Source: a virus. From it: a DNA stretch of 64,000 nucleotides. The stretch spans positions 1 through 64,000 of IMG/VR virus record IMGVR_UViG_3300049434_000028, one strand, 5' to 3'. Below, one piece after another: positions 7,353-16,460 of the stretch (its first letter is position 1; every line of letters starts with the position of its first letter). Under the pieces are notes generated by a model. The model did not search any database. It was given only the letters and a program-made list of their open reading frames with translations, and was not told where the DNA came from. The position numbers were made by a program, and so were the translations under genes.

Positions 7353-9296
7353 CTAACCCTTAGCCTCGCTCCACCGCTGCACCACCTTGATGTCCGCCTC
7401 CAACGGCACCGGATGGATCAACTTCGCAATCTCCCAGCCGGTCATTGCCTCTTTGACGACATCAACCCCCTCCTTGATGAGGTCGTCCCTCACCGAGGTG
7501 ACCAGCTCGTCGTGAACCGTGAAGTTCATGACCATTCCCGGCCGCAATAGTGCATCCTCGCGCACGATGGCCAATTTCATCAAGTCCGCCGCCGAACCCT
7601 GAATCACTGCATTGACAGCCTGGCGCTCGGCGGCCATCCTCCTACCGAAACTGGAGCTGTTGATGTCCGGCAGCCGCCGCTTGCGGCCGAGCAACGTCTG
7701 CACGTATGCCGGACGGCGGCTGCGGCACCTCCGCACCACCGAGTCGCAGAACGCATACATGCCCGGCAGCATCTTTCGATGCGCACGCAGGAACTCCTCC
7801 GCGTGCTTCACGGTGACCCCGGACATGGACGCCACCTTCTCCACGCCAGCCCCGTAGGCCACGGCGAAGTTGGTGTTCTTCGAGACCGTGCGCTCGACCT
7901 TGGTGACGTCGTCCATGGACTTCTGGAGCAGCAACGAGGCGACGTACTGGTGGAAGTCCAGGCCCTCCTCGAACGCCGCCACGAGCCGCTTATCGCCGGA
8001 GTAGTAGGCCAGGATGCGGTACTCAACCTGGCTCCAGTCGGCCACGATCAGGGAGTGGCCAGGCTCGGCCACGAACAGCCCACGGATCCGCTGGCCCAGC
8101 TCTGTGTCCGGCCGCGGGATGTTCTGCACGTTGGGCTCGGAGCTGCTCATGCGCCCGGTGACCGCGCCGGTCTGCTTGAAGTTCGTGTGAATCCTGCCCG
8201 TGTCCGGGTTGTACGGCGGGGCATTGTTCCTGCTCTTGTCGGTCTTCTTGCGCTCGTTGTTGCCCAGGTAGCTCTTCACGTACGTGCTGGAGATCTTGTT
8301 GACCTCCTGGTACTCCATGAAGGTGTCGATCAGCGGATTCCCGATGTGGTGCTCCAACGCCTCCTTGTCGCAGCTCGGCGCACCGGTACCGGTGAACTTC
8401 TTCGGCCGGAGGCCCTGGCCACCGTCCCGCTTCTTGCCGTAGAAAACCTCGACCTTCTGCGGGTTGCTGTTGAAGTTCCACTGGCGGCCGACGACGCGGT
8501 AGAGGCGGCCGGTGATCTCGGTGAGCTGCTCGTCCAGGTCACGGTCCAGCTCACGCAGCGCGTCGATGTCGACGAGCGGCGAGCCCGCGGCCTCCATGCG
8601 GCACAGCGCGCCGAGCAAGTCCATCTCCAGCTCGAAGAGCTGCCAGAGCCCGCCACGGTGGAGCTGCGGCACGTACTTGTTCTTCAGCAGGTGCGTGTAC
8701 TTGGCGTCCAGGAAGCCGTAGTTGGCCGCGACCTTGAACGGGTACCTCTCAACCTCCTTGCCGACGCTCTTGTCGTACACGAAGCCGAAGTCCCGCTTCA
8801 CGACGTCGCCGAGCCGGTAGGTGTGGAAGTTCTCGTTGCACAAGTACGCCGCGACCATCGTGTCCCCGTACGGCGGGAGCGGGAAGTCGCCGTCGTAGTA
8901 CTTGGCGACGCTCTCCAGGTCGAACTTCAGGTTGTGGCCCCAGAGCCGCTGGTCCTCATCGCGCTCGAAGAACAACGGTTCCAGGATCTCGAACACGTCG
9001 CCGGGGTAGAGCTGCTCCGGCGCGGCATTGTAGAGCGGGATCTTAAACATCCGCGTCTTGCCGTCCTGGCCGACGCGTGGTTCCTTGCCGATGCCGATCT
9101 GACGCCCAATCGGATGCCCGAACGGAATGACATCCGCGCGTCCCTGCGCAGCCAGGCTGAGCCAGAACACCTGGTTGCGCCGGGGGTCCAGCCGGTACTC
9201 GCCCTTGGTCTCGGTGTCGTAGGTGATGTCCGGCTGGTCCAGGTAGAACTTGACGGCCTCGCGCAGCGTGCGCTTGTCCAGGATCGGCTTGGTCAC
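7353..9296 (-). CDS. polA: DNA polymerase, family A (3'-5' exonuclease + polymerase)
   Basis: DTET, HNLKFD and DTMVAAY exonuclease motifs; TGRMSSSEPNVQNIP; motif A ADWSQVEYR, motif B KNTNFAVAYG, motif C VHDEL. Start GTG 9296 (GTGA overlap). Confidence 0.96.
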   Translation of the reverse strand: MTKPILDKRTLREAVKFYLDQPDITYDTETKGEYRLDPRRNQVFWLSLAAQGRADVIPFGHPIGRQIGIGKEPRVGQDGKTRMFKIPLYNAAPEQLYPGDVFEILEPLFFERDEDQRLWGHNLKFDLESVAKYYDGDFPLPPYGDTMVAAYLCNENFHTYRLGDVVKRDFGFVYDKSVGKEVERYPFKVAANYGFLDAKYTHLLKNKYVPQLHRGGLWQLFELEMDLLGALCRMEAAGSPLVDIDALRELDRDLDEQLTEITGRLYRVVGRQWNFNSNPQKVEVFYGKKRDGGQGLRPKKFTGTGAPSCDKEALEHHIGNPLIDTFMEYQEVNKISSTYVKSYLGNNERKKTDKSRNNAPPYNPDTGRIHTNFKQTGAVTGRMSSSEPNVQNIPRPDTELGQRIRGLFVAEPGHSLIVADWSQVEYRILAYYSGDKRLVAAFEEGLDFHQYVASLLLQKSMDDVTKVERTVSKNTNFAVAYGAGVEKVASMSGVTVKHAEEFLRAHRKMLPGMYAFCDSVVRRCRSRRPAYVQTLLGRKRRLPDINSSSFGRRMAAERQAVNAVIQGSAADLMKLAIVREDALLRPGMVMNFTVHDELVTSVRDDLIKEGVDVVKEAMTGWEIAKLIHPVPLEADIKVVQRWSEAKG

Positions 9297-9670
9297 AGAC
9301 TGAGCCCAAGCTGCACCTGGGCCGTGACCACAATGACCTCCACGCTGTGCTGGCCGAACGGGGTGTCCAGGACGACGCGGTGCATGACTAGCGCCTCGCC
9401 TTCGGCCAGCTCTGATGTCGTCGGCTCGTTGTCGTCCGCCTCGGCGGTGCTGATGAAGATCGGACCGACCGGCATGTGCCCGCCCATGTGCGCGCGGCGC
9501 AGGCACTCGTCCCAGACCATCTGCTCGAACTCCGGGTGCAGGAGAAGCTGCTTGGCCGCGCGGAACCGCAACGTGAATGTTCCGTTCTCGACGATCTCCT
9601 CGTACTGAGGGTCCATCTGACGCTCCATCATGGAGTCCGCGGACAGCAGGGACCTTCGGCGTAGGGTCAC
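9293..9670 (-). CDS. hypothetical protein
   Basis: 125-aa ORF between SSB and polymerase; start uncertain. Confidence 0.55.
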   Translation of the reverse strand: MTLRRRSLLSADSMMERQMDPQYEEIVENGTFTLRFRAAKQLLLHPEFEQMVWDECLRRAHMGGHMPVGPIFISTAEADDNEPTTSELAEGEALVMHRVVLDTPFGQHSVEVIVVTAQVQLGLSL

Positions 9671-9699
9671 CTGCTGCCCGCGGGGTCTTGGGGGACTAC

Positions 9700-10701
9700 T
9701 TAATCGTCGTCATCCATGGCTGTGCGTGCAACGGCGTTCAGCTCCGCACGCGGCACGTACCGCACGTACTTGTCCTCGGTCACCATCTTGGAGTCGAACG
9801 CGTCCAGCTCGTGGTCCTTGAGCGGGGGGATCCCCCACTCCTCCTTCAGGTCACGCGTGCGCACTACGTCGATGTCGTAGGTGGTCGCGCCCTTGCCACC
9901 CTTCGGCTTGGTCTTGGAAACCGCGTAGTACTCCTTGCTCAGCGGGCCAGTCTTGGCGGCGGCCTTCTTCTCCAGGATCTGCGCGATACCCGGACCGCAC
10001 GCCCACACGAAGAGCTGGGGGTCGGCGTCCTCCTCCAGCAGCAACACGTTGAACGCACCCACCGCCCGCGGAGAGTCGCCCAGCTTGTCGCACAGCGGGC
10101 ACTTGGACTCCAGGCAGGTGTAGCTACGCAACCCCTTGGGCGTCATGATCCAGTGCTGCCCGAAACTCGCGAACGGCTCGTCGTCCAGGAACTTGATCAG
10201 GATCTGGTCGTCGTCCGGCACCTTGAGGTCATTGCTGAAGCTGCCCATGGTCTTTCGCTTCTTGTTGTACGTGTTCCAACCGGCCGAGGACTTCCGCTTG
10301 CGGGGCTCGTCGTCCTCGTCGTCCTCGTCTTCATCCTCGTCGTCTTCGTCATCCTCGTCGTCGTCCCGTGCACGGCGAGCCGGGCGCTTGGGCTCTGCAC
10401 GACCCCGAGAGCGGCTACGTGCCGGGGGCTCGTCCTCTTCGTCATCCTCGTCTTCATCGTCCTCGTCGGCGGCGGCACGGCCGCGACGGCGAGGGGGGTC
10501 CTCGTCCTCGTCGTCGTCCTTGGCGCGAGCACGCCGGGAGGACGCAGGAGCGGGCTCCGCGTCGCGCTCACGACGTCGCCGGGCCCGCGGGGTCTCCTCC
10601 TCGTCGTCGTCATCGTCCTCGACCGCTGGCTTGCGGTAACGGTCGGCGCTGGGTGCCGGACGATCGTCGCGGCTGCGGCGACGTGCGGGGGATGCCATCA
10701 A
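9700..10701 (-). CDS. gp32-like single-stranded DNA-binding protein with a long N-terminal mixed-charge disordered region
   Basis: IKFLD...QHWI...TC...CPLC...FNV...TTY core with H/C/C/C Zn ligands, acidic C-terminus; first ~140 aa are D/E and R blocks. Confidence 0.75.
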   Translation of the reverse strand: MMASPARRRSRDDRPAPSADRYRKPAVEDDDDDEEETPRARRRRERDAEPAPASSRRARAKDDDEDEDPPRRRGRAAADEDDEDEDDEEDEPPARSRSRGRAEPKRPARRARDDDEDDEDDEDEDEDDEDDEPRKRKSSAGWNTYNKKRKTMGSFSNDLKVPDDDQILIKFLDDEPFASFGQHWIMTPKGLRSYTCLESKCPLCDKLGDSPRAVGAFNVLLLEEDADPQLFVWACGPGIAQILEKKAAAKTGPLSKEYYAVSKTKPKGGKGATTYDIDVVRTRDLKEEWGIPPLKDHELDAFDSKMVTEDKYVRYVPRAELNAVARTAMDDDD

Positions 10702-10991
10702 GTTCTCCTCTTCCTGGTCCGTGAACGATGCTCCGTGAAGCTGTCCAACAGGACCGTCTGGTCTGCGGTGGTCAACTCGCGTGCTTCCTTGATCTCTCCG
10801 GCGAGCTGGCGGTCCAGGATCTCCATCACCTTGTCAGTGAGTTCCTGCACCAACTCGTCCACCGGGATGTCGTGCGCCTCCTCATCGGTGTACCCGAGGT
10901 CGCCGTGCTCCAGGGTGACCGTGCACCCGAACTGGAAGTGCTCATATTGGGACATATTCACCTTGAACTGTCGCGTTCGGCTAATCCGCAA
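10698..10991 (-). CDS. hypothetical protein
   Basis: TTG start, MRISRTRQFKVNMSQYEHF. Confidence 0.7.
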   Translation of the reverse strand: MRISRTRQFKVNMSQYEHFQFGCTVTLEHGDLGYTDEEAHDIPVDELVQELTDKVMEILDRQLAGEIKEARELTTADQTVLLDSFTEHRSRTRKRRT

Positions 10992-11436
10992 GGCGCACCC
11001 CCTTCGTCAACAGCGCGGTCACCCAGGTCTTGCTCACGCCGTACATGCGTGCTAGCTCAGCCTTCTGGCCCCGGACCCCGGTGTACGCAGCACGAATCTG
11101 CGCTACCTGCTCGTCCGTCAGCTTGTGCCTACCGTGCGCCTCGTTAGTCAGCCGAGGTACGTAATGGCGCTCCGGGTGCCGCGCCATCATGTCGGCGAAG
11201 TTGTCCGCGTGCGTGCCGAGAAGTAGGTGCGTCGACTCCCGGCAGGGCGGGTTGTCGCAGGTGTGCCGAACAAGCATGCCGTCTGGGACAGGCATCCCGT
11301 TCGCCTCCTCCCAAGCCATGACGTGCGCGCCGCGCACCTTCTTCTGCGCCGGATCCCACTGCTGGCCGTGACCGGTCTTCTTGCTGCAGAACCCGGTCCA
11401 GGGCAGGCATGGAGCGTCGGTGCGGCTGATCCTCAC
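10981..11436 (-). mobile_element. free-standing HNH homing endonuclease with C-terminal HTH
   Basis: CLPWTG...AH..AWE...VRHTCDNPPC...HLLLGTHADN..DM, followed by KLT..QV..IR...ELARMYGVS. Confidence 0.9.
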
Positions 11437-11903
11437 AGGCGGCCCTCCTTCTTCAACTGGCGGAACAGCTCGGTGACACGCTCACTGAACTGGGTGGCAC
11501 CGACATTTCTGCCGTCGAAGAGGCCCTCCTCCCGCGCGATGCGCCGCATGCCCTCCACCTGCGCCCGCGTCCAGAGCCTCCGGGAGCCCTTGATGGACAC
11601 CGCATTGATGCGAAACCGCGCCTGCGGGATGGTGCCGTACTCGATCCAGCGCCGGATGGTGTTCGACGACCGGCCGAGCGCCTGCGCCACCGCGCCCACG
11701 AAGAAGAACTCGACCAGCTCCCCGTCCACCTTCTGCATGTACGGCGAGGAGTCCCAGCGATCCTCCTCCGGCGGCGCCTCCGCGGCCTTGGCGGCCACTG
11801 CCTTGCGCTTGCGCGTGCTGCCGGGATAGTTGTCCCCCGCCAGCTCCGCGAACGCCGCCTCGACGCTGCTGGCTACTTCACCTCGCGGGGGACGAACGCC
11901 CAC
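11433..11903 (-). CDS. MerR-like HTH DNA-binding protein
   Basis: VGAVAQALGRSSNTIRRWIEYGTIP...RRLWT. Confidence 0.8.
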   Translation of the reverse strand: MGVRPPRGEVASSVEAAFAELAGDNYPGSTRKRKAVAAKAAEAPPEEDRWDSSPYMQKVDGELVEFFFVGAVAQALGRSSNTIRRWIEYGTIPQARFRINAVSIKGSRRLWTRAQVEGMRRIAREEGLFDGRNVGATQFSERVTELFRQLKKEGRL

Positions 11904-12415
11904 GACACCTCCTCGGCGAACATGGCGTCGATGTCATCGGCGGTGAGAGTCGGCTCGGGGGAGTCCTTCTCGCTGAAGTACAGCGCCATGATCTTGTCGT
12001 CCGACAGGCGCTCGGTGACGGTGACTACCTCGTCGTAGATACGCGCCTTCTTCAGCACCGCGATCACCAACGGCATCTTGTCGGCGTCGATCGTGATGTC
12101 GACATCCGTGCACGCCTCCAGGACGCCCTTGGCCTCCAGGATCTCGGTGGCCCTGTCAGGATCCAACAACACCTTTGCGCGCCGCTGCCTGCAGACCGCC
12201 GTGAAGCCGCCGATCGGCTCGTCGAACTCCAGCCACAGGGAGCCCTTGTCGTCCGGCTTCCCGGCCCGCTCCAGGATCCCCATCAGCTTCTTCTTCAACT
12301 CGCCGCTGCGCGACTGGATCGTCTTGATCATCGCGCGGTGACCGCCGAACTCCGTCAACAGCGGCGCCAACTCCGCAAGGGGGTCAGCCTTGGAACGCCT
12401 GGCAACGCGGGTCAT
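11873..12415 (-). CDS. hypothetical phage protein (first gene of the leftward operon)
   Basis: 180 aa, GGAGG SD; coiled coil followed by DDKGSLW. Confidence 0.8.
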   Translation of the reverse strand: MTRVARRSKADPLAELAPLLTEFGGHRAMIKTIQSRSGELKKKLMGILERAGKPDDKGSLWLEFDEPIGGFTAVCRQRRAKVLLDPDRATEILEAKGVLEACTDVDITIDADKMPLVIAVLKKARIYDEVVTVTERLSDDKIMALYFSEKDSPEPTLTADDIDAMFAEEVSWAFVPREVK

Positions 12416-12711
12416 CTGGGGTCCTCCGTGGTCCGTGCACTGGTCCGATCGGGTTACCTAACCACAGAGCACCGACAGTTTCGATGAGACACGCCAGACC
12501 GATTTCTGCTAGTTGCTCCCGCGGCCGATCAGTGCCAGGGTTGTACGGCACCCTCCCGTCGAGCCCAGAGACACCCGCTCGGCGAAGCACGGACCAGGTC
12601 ACCAGTCGGGGTCAAGATCCCGCCCCGACGAAGTGGGCACCGAACATGGCTGAGGGCCAGCGCGACGAACGCTGACCCTCATGACGCCGTGAAACGAGAC
12701 GAGTGGATTCT

Positions 12712-13656
12712 ATGGCATCACCAACGGGCGAGCGCAACACCATCCTCGTGTCGATCAAGAACGACTACCGGTTCGCCATGGTGCCGGACGCCCTGCTGGT
12801 CGACGGCGTATCCGACCGAGCCGTGCGCCTCTGGGCACTCCTCGCGCGAGCTGCCAGGGCCAATGCGTCCCCGACTCGTGCAGTCCTGGCCGAGAAGCTG
12901 GGTTGCTCTGTGGAGTCCATCGACCGCGCCGTAAAGGAGCTGGAGGCCCGTAGATGGCTGCAGCGCGTCCAACGCGGGCTCAACCGCGCGAACGAATACG
13001 TGCTCGACCCCACCCCCATACATGCGTCTGACGCCCCATCAATCGACTGGACGCCTCACGCGGGAGTCGTCACCCGTGACGACACCGGAGTCGTCACAGG
13101 TGCGGTCTCGGAGTCGTCACCCGTGACGACTCCCTCCTCTATAGAGAGAGGTTTAGAGAGAACTACTGCACCGGCCAAGAACAGGCCGGTGCGGCAACGC
13201 ACGAGCTGGGCCGAGAAGGAACCCGACGACAACGGCGAAGACGGCGGCGTTGCGCCGATCTCCGGCCGGACGAAGTCCAAGCCCCGGCGCAGGATCGGCG
13301 GACCGGACTCGGCCTCCGGCCTGGCGAAGACGTTCGAGGTGCTGGCTCGGGAGAGGTTCACCCGCAAGCAGCTCGCATTCGCGCAGTTCAACCAGGACGG
13401 CACGACCGGCGCGATCAACGCCTGGCTAGACGACGGCGTCTCCCCGGACACCGTGCGTGCAATGATCAAGGTGTTCCTGACCGAGCCGTTCCCCGAACGT
13501 GCACCGCTCTGGAAGACGTTCCTGGCCGCACGACACCGCCTCGCCGATCAGGCCCTGCAGGTCTCCAACGCTCAGCGCGACCCCGTGGAACGCTACAAGC
13601 GCAAGCCGACACCATCTGGATCACTGGACTACCGGGAGCGATTCCGCAATGGATGA
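12712..13656 (+). CDS. replication initiator (N-terminal winged HTH, lambda O/RepA-like layout)
   Basis: FAMVP...AVRLWALL...PTRAVLAEKLGCSVESIDRAVKELE..WL..R....N.Y; carries internal iterons and precedes a DnaC-like gene. Start ATG 12712 or GTG 12703. Confidence 0.8.
   Translation: MASPTGERNTILVSIKNDYRFAMVPDALLVDGVSDRAVRLWALLARAARANASPTRAVLAEKLGCSVESIDRAVKELEARRWLQRVQRGLNRANEYVLDPTPIHASDAPSIDWTPHAGVVTRDDTGVVTGAVSESSPVTTPSSIERGLERTTAPAKNRPVRQRTSWAEKEPDDNGEDGGVAPISGRTKSKPRRRIGGPDSASGLAKTFEVLARERFTRKQLAFAQFNQDGTTGAINAWLDDGVSPDTVRAMIKVFLTEPFPERAPLWKTFLAARHRLADQALQVSNAQRDPVERYKRKPTPSGSLDYRERFRNG
13063..13133 (+). repeat. three palindromic iterons (probable replication origin)
   Basis: GGAGTCGTCAC at 13063, 13087 and 13110; the third copy is a perfect inverted repeat GGAGTCGTCAC-CC-GTGACGACTCC, followed by a purine/AT-richer tract. 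Confidence 0.8.
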
Positions 13657-14335
13657 GTCGTACAACCTCACGGACTACGAACGGGCGCTGATCCGTGCCG
13701 AGGCTCGCTGGCCGCGTGCGAAGCGGCTGGAGCACACTGGCATCCCGCGCCGGTTCTGGGACAAGACCTGGGACGACTACGAGAAGCTCCCCGAGACTGC
13801 ACGTATGCGCGCAGCGCTGATCGCGTACACGGACGGATTCATGGACAGCGATCCGCGCATGCATGGCGGACGCGGGTTCCTGCTGCAGGGTGTCCCCGGC
13901 CTCGGCAAGACGCTGGCTGCAGCAATCGTCGGCGTGACACTGTCCGACCAAGGCTTCCTGGTCCGGTTCACCACGATGGCCGGGTACATGGATCTCGTCA
14001 CCCGCCAGTTCACCCTGCAGCAATCGTGGGCGAAGTACGAGAACATCGACGCCCACGAGGAGTGGATGACCAACGACGACGCGCTGCGCGTCATGCGCAA
14101 GACCGCGCACCTGCTGATCATCGACGACGTCGGCAAGGAGCATCACACCGCCAGCAAGTTCGCCGTCGACTCCTTCGACTCCCTGGTGCGGCACCGCTAC
14201 GACCTCGGTCGTCCCGTCGCGATGACCACCAACGTCGCGCCCGACGACTGGCTGTTCAAGTACTCCGAGGCGATGGAGTCGTTCATCAAAGAGTCCTGCT
14301 ACGTCTACGAGGCCGAGAACACCGATGGCGACTGA
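13649..14335 (+). CDS. DnaC/IstB-like AAA+ helicase loader
   Basis: GIPRRF, GVPGLGKT, LLIIDDVGKE, R.D...P..MTTN. Confidence 0.9.
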   Translation: MDESYNLTDYERALIRAEARWPRAKRLEHTGIPRRFWDKTWDDYEKLPETARMRAALIAYTDGFMDSDPRMHGGRGFLLQGVPGLGKTLAAAIVGVTLSDQGFLVRFTTMAGYMDLVTRQFTLQQSWAKYENIDAHEEWMTNDDALRVMRKTAHLLIIDDVGKEHHTASKFAVDSFDSLVRHRYDLGRPVAMTTNVAPDDWLFKYSEAMESFIKESCYVYEAENTDGD

Positions 14336-14693
14336 CACCAAGACGAAGGTGCAGGAGACCGCTCGCTACATCTGCGGGTTCTGCGCCACCGACAACTGTG
14401 GCTCCTGCCGCGGGGAGTACCGCAACGCCCGGCCGGGTGGCCAGTCCGCAATCTGCGTGCACGAACACACCAAGAAGGAGAGCGCATTGTCTGAGGACGC
14501 GTCAGAAAACGAACCGGGTCATGGCGTCCTGGTCACCAACGGCTACGCATATATACACGGGGACAGCGCACGCTTCCAGGCGCTCAACCTCGCGCTGGAG
14601 CACCACCGTCGCAAGGGCCAGTCCGAGAAGCCCGAGGACGTCGTGGCGACCGCCAAGATCTTCGAGGACTACCTGAGCGGTGCGGGCCAATGA
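14325..14693 (+). CDS. hypothetical protein (Cys-rich N-terminus)
   Basis: CGFC...C..C...C.H. Confidence 0.65.
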   Translation: MATDTKTKVQETARYICGFCATDNCGSCRGEYRNARPGGQSAICVHEHTKKESALSEDASENEPGHGVLVTNGYAYIHGDSARFQALNLALEHHRRKGQSEKPEDVVATAKIFEDYLSGAGQ

Positions 14694-15397
14694 CCGACGC
14701 GATCATCCGCACCGACATGACGGTGGACCTGGTGAAGTGCTCGGCGGACGACCTCGACGTCGTACAGGCCGCGCGGGTGTCCACCGGCAAGGATCTGGAA
14801 GAGGACGACGGCGGCTCGACCACCGGGTTGATCGGCTTCCTGATGAAGAACCGGCACGGCACGCCGTTCGAGCACAACTTTTTCAAGTTCCGCATCGAGG
14901 CGCCGATCTTCGTGTGGCGCGAGTTCATGCGGCACCGCATCGGCTGGTCGTACAACGAGACCTCTGGGCGCTATCGCCAGCTCGACCCGGTGTTCTACGT
15001 GCCCGCGCTGGACAGGCCCCTGGTGCAGCAGGGCAAGCCCGGCCACTACACCTTCGTCCAGGGCACCTACGAGCAGGTCGTGGAGACCAACAAGCTGTTG
15101 TGCGAGTCCTACATGGTCTCCTGGGACACGTACTGCAAGCTGCTGGACAACGGCGTGGCCAAGGAGATCGCTCGGGCCTGCCTGCCGGTCGCCATCTACA
15201 GCTCGGCGTACGTGTCCTGCAACGCCCGCTCGCTGATGGCGTTCCTGTCCCTGCGCACCAAGCGCGAGGGTTCGCTGTTCCCCTCGTTCCCACAACGGGA
15301 AATCGAGATGGTCGCGGAGCGGATCGAGTTCCACTTCGCGAACGCCATGCCCATCACCTACGCAGCATTCAACGAGTACAGGAGAGTCAGTCCGTGA
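14690..15397 (+). CDS. thyX: flavin-dependent thymidylate synthase
   Basis: AARVS, HGTPFEH, RHRIGWSYNETSGRY, EIAR..LP, QREI. Confidence 0.97.
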   Translation: MTDAIIRTDMTVDLVKCSADDLDVVQAARVSTGKDLEEDDGGSTTGLIGFLMKNRHGTPFEHNFFKFRIEAPIFVWREFMRHRIGWSYNETSGRYRQLDPVFYVPALDRPLVQQGKPGHYTFVQGTYEQVVETNKLLCESYMVSWDTYCKLLDNGVAKEIARACLPVAIYSSAYVSCNARSLMAFLSLRTKREGSLFPSFPQREIEMVAERIEFHFANAMPITYAAFNEYRRVSP

Positions 15398-15669
15398 GCG
15401 ATTCGGTCCCCGTCAAGATCCCCGCCGCGAGCCCACAGGTGCCCAGCATCGGCAGGGTCGTCCACTACGTCAGCTACGGCACGCCTGGCGGGGAGTTCCC
15501 CTCCACCTGTCGTGCGGCCATCATCACCGCGGTCGGTCGCAAGAAGAAGGGCGTCGCGCAGGTCTCGCTATTCGTGATGAACCCCGAGGGCGTGTTCCTC
15601 AACCAGAACGTGCCGTACAGCGAGGACGCGTCCGTCGGCGGCTCGTGGCATTGGCCAGAGCGCGTCTGA
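15394..15669 (+). CDS. hypothetical phage protein
   Basis: PSIGRVVHYVSYGTPGGE...RAAIIT...WHWPERV; GTGA coupling. Confidence 0.8.
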   Translation: MSDSVPVKIPAASPQVPSIGRVVHYVSYGTPGGEFPSTCRAAIITAVGRKKKGVAQVSLFVMNPEGVFLNQNVPYSEDASVGGSWHWPERV

Positions 15670-16022
15670 TGCCCCGGTTCCGCAAGCGCCCCGTGGAGAT
15701 CGAGGCCGTGCAGCTCACCTGGGCCAACTGGCAGGACATCTGCTCCCTCACCGAGAAGTCCGTCAGCAAGGCGTGGGGGGTCACGCTCAACGACGACGGT
15801 AAGCCTCAGGACAAGATCGAGATCGGCCCGGATGAGCGCATCGGCTTGATGATCGAGACTCTGGAGGGCACCATGGTCGGCCGAGAGAACGACTGGATCA
15901 TCCTCGGCGTCCAAGGCGAGCTGTACCCCTGCAAGCCCGACATCTTCGAGGCCACCTACGAGGCCGTCACGGTCGAGGAGACGACGAGGTCGCGAGCGAT
16001 GCGCGGCGGCTACCCCGGCTGA
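15669..16022 (+). CDS. PGDYG-like phage protein
   Basis: FRKRPVEIEAVQ...IETLEG.M....DWII.GV.GELYPCKPDIFEATYE. Confidence 0.85.
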   Translation: MPRFRKRPVEIEAVQLTWANWQDICSLTEKSVSKAWGVTLNDDGKPQDKIEIGPDERIGLMIETLEGTMVGRENDWIILGVQGELYPCKPDIFEATYEAVTVEETTRSRAMRGGYPG

Positions 16023-16459
16023 TGCAGGGTGGTGACATCGACAACCGGTTGCCCCCTCGTTGGCTCGTGGTCTTCGAGGGGGTGATCGGGCAACACCCGG
16101 AGCCCACCGATCGCGCAGCATTCGATTTCTTCCTGCGGGCACACGCCTACAAGCGTGCGGTCCGTTCGTTCAAGCCCAACGCGCACTCGATCAAGGTGCT
16201 CTGGGATCTGACCTGGCGTCAGGATTACAAGTTCGACGTCGCCACGTTCCTACCGGAGCGATGCGCCAACCACGTCACCGCCTGGCTGGAGCACCGCAAC
16301 GTCCCGTGCGCCAACGTTCGCCACTACCCGAGCCCTGCACACCTGGGCCGGGAACTGGCCTTCATGCCCGACGTGTACGCCGTAGTGCACGCCGAGCCGA
16401 GCAACCGCTTCACCTACGGCAACCGGGGAATGCTCGTAAGCGAGGGATGGAACACCTGA
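16022..16459 (+). CDS. hypothetical protein (possibly a degenerate HAD fold)
   Basis: MQGGDI...LVVFEGVI; directly upstream of dnaB. Confidence 0.7.
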   Translation: MQGGDIDNRLPPRWLVVFEGVIGQHPEPTDRAAFDFFLRAHAYKRAVRSFKPNAHSIKVLWDLTWRQDYKFDVATFLPERCANHVTAWLEHRNVPCANVRHYPSPAHLGRELAFMPDVYAVVHAEPSNRFTYGNRGMLVSEGWNT

Positions 16460-16460
16460 C

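Noticed and set aside
7779-9608. Long antisense ORFs (also 3660-5180, 47397-49358, 59802-61457, 61901-63631)
   Set aside because: They mirror real genes; GC-rich codon usage removes stops on the opposite strand, and they carry no motifs.
12660-12700. Hammerhead ribozyme (CTGA...GAAA)
   Set aside because: The CUGANGA core and the three required stems are not present.
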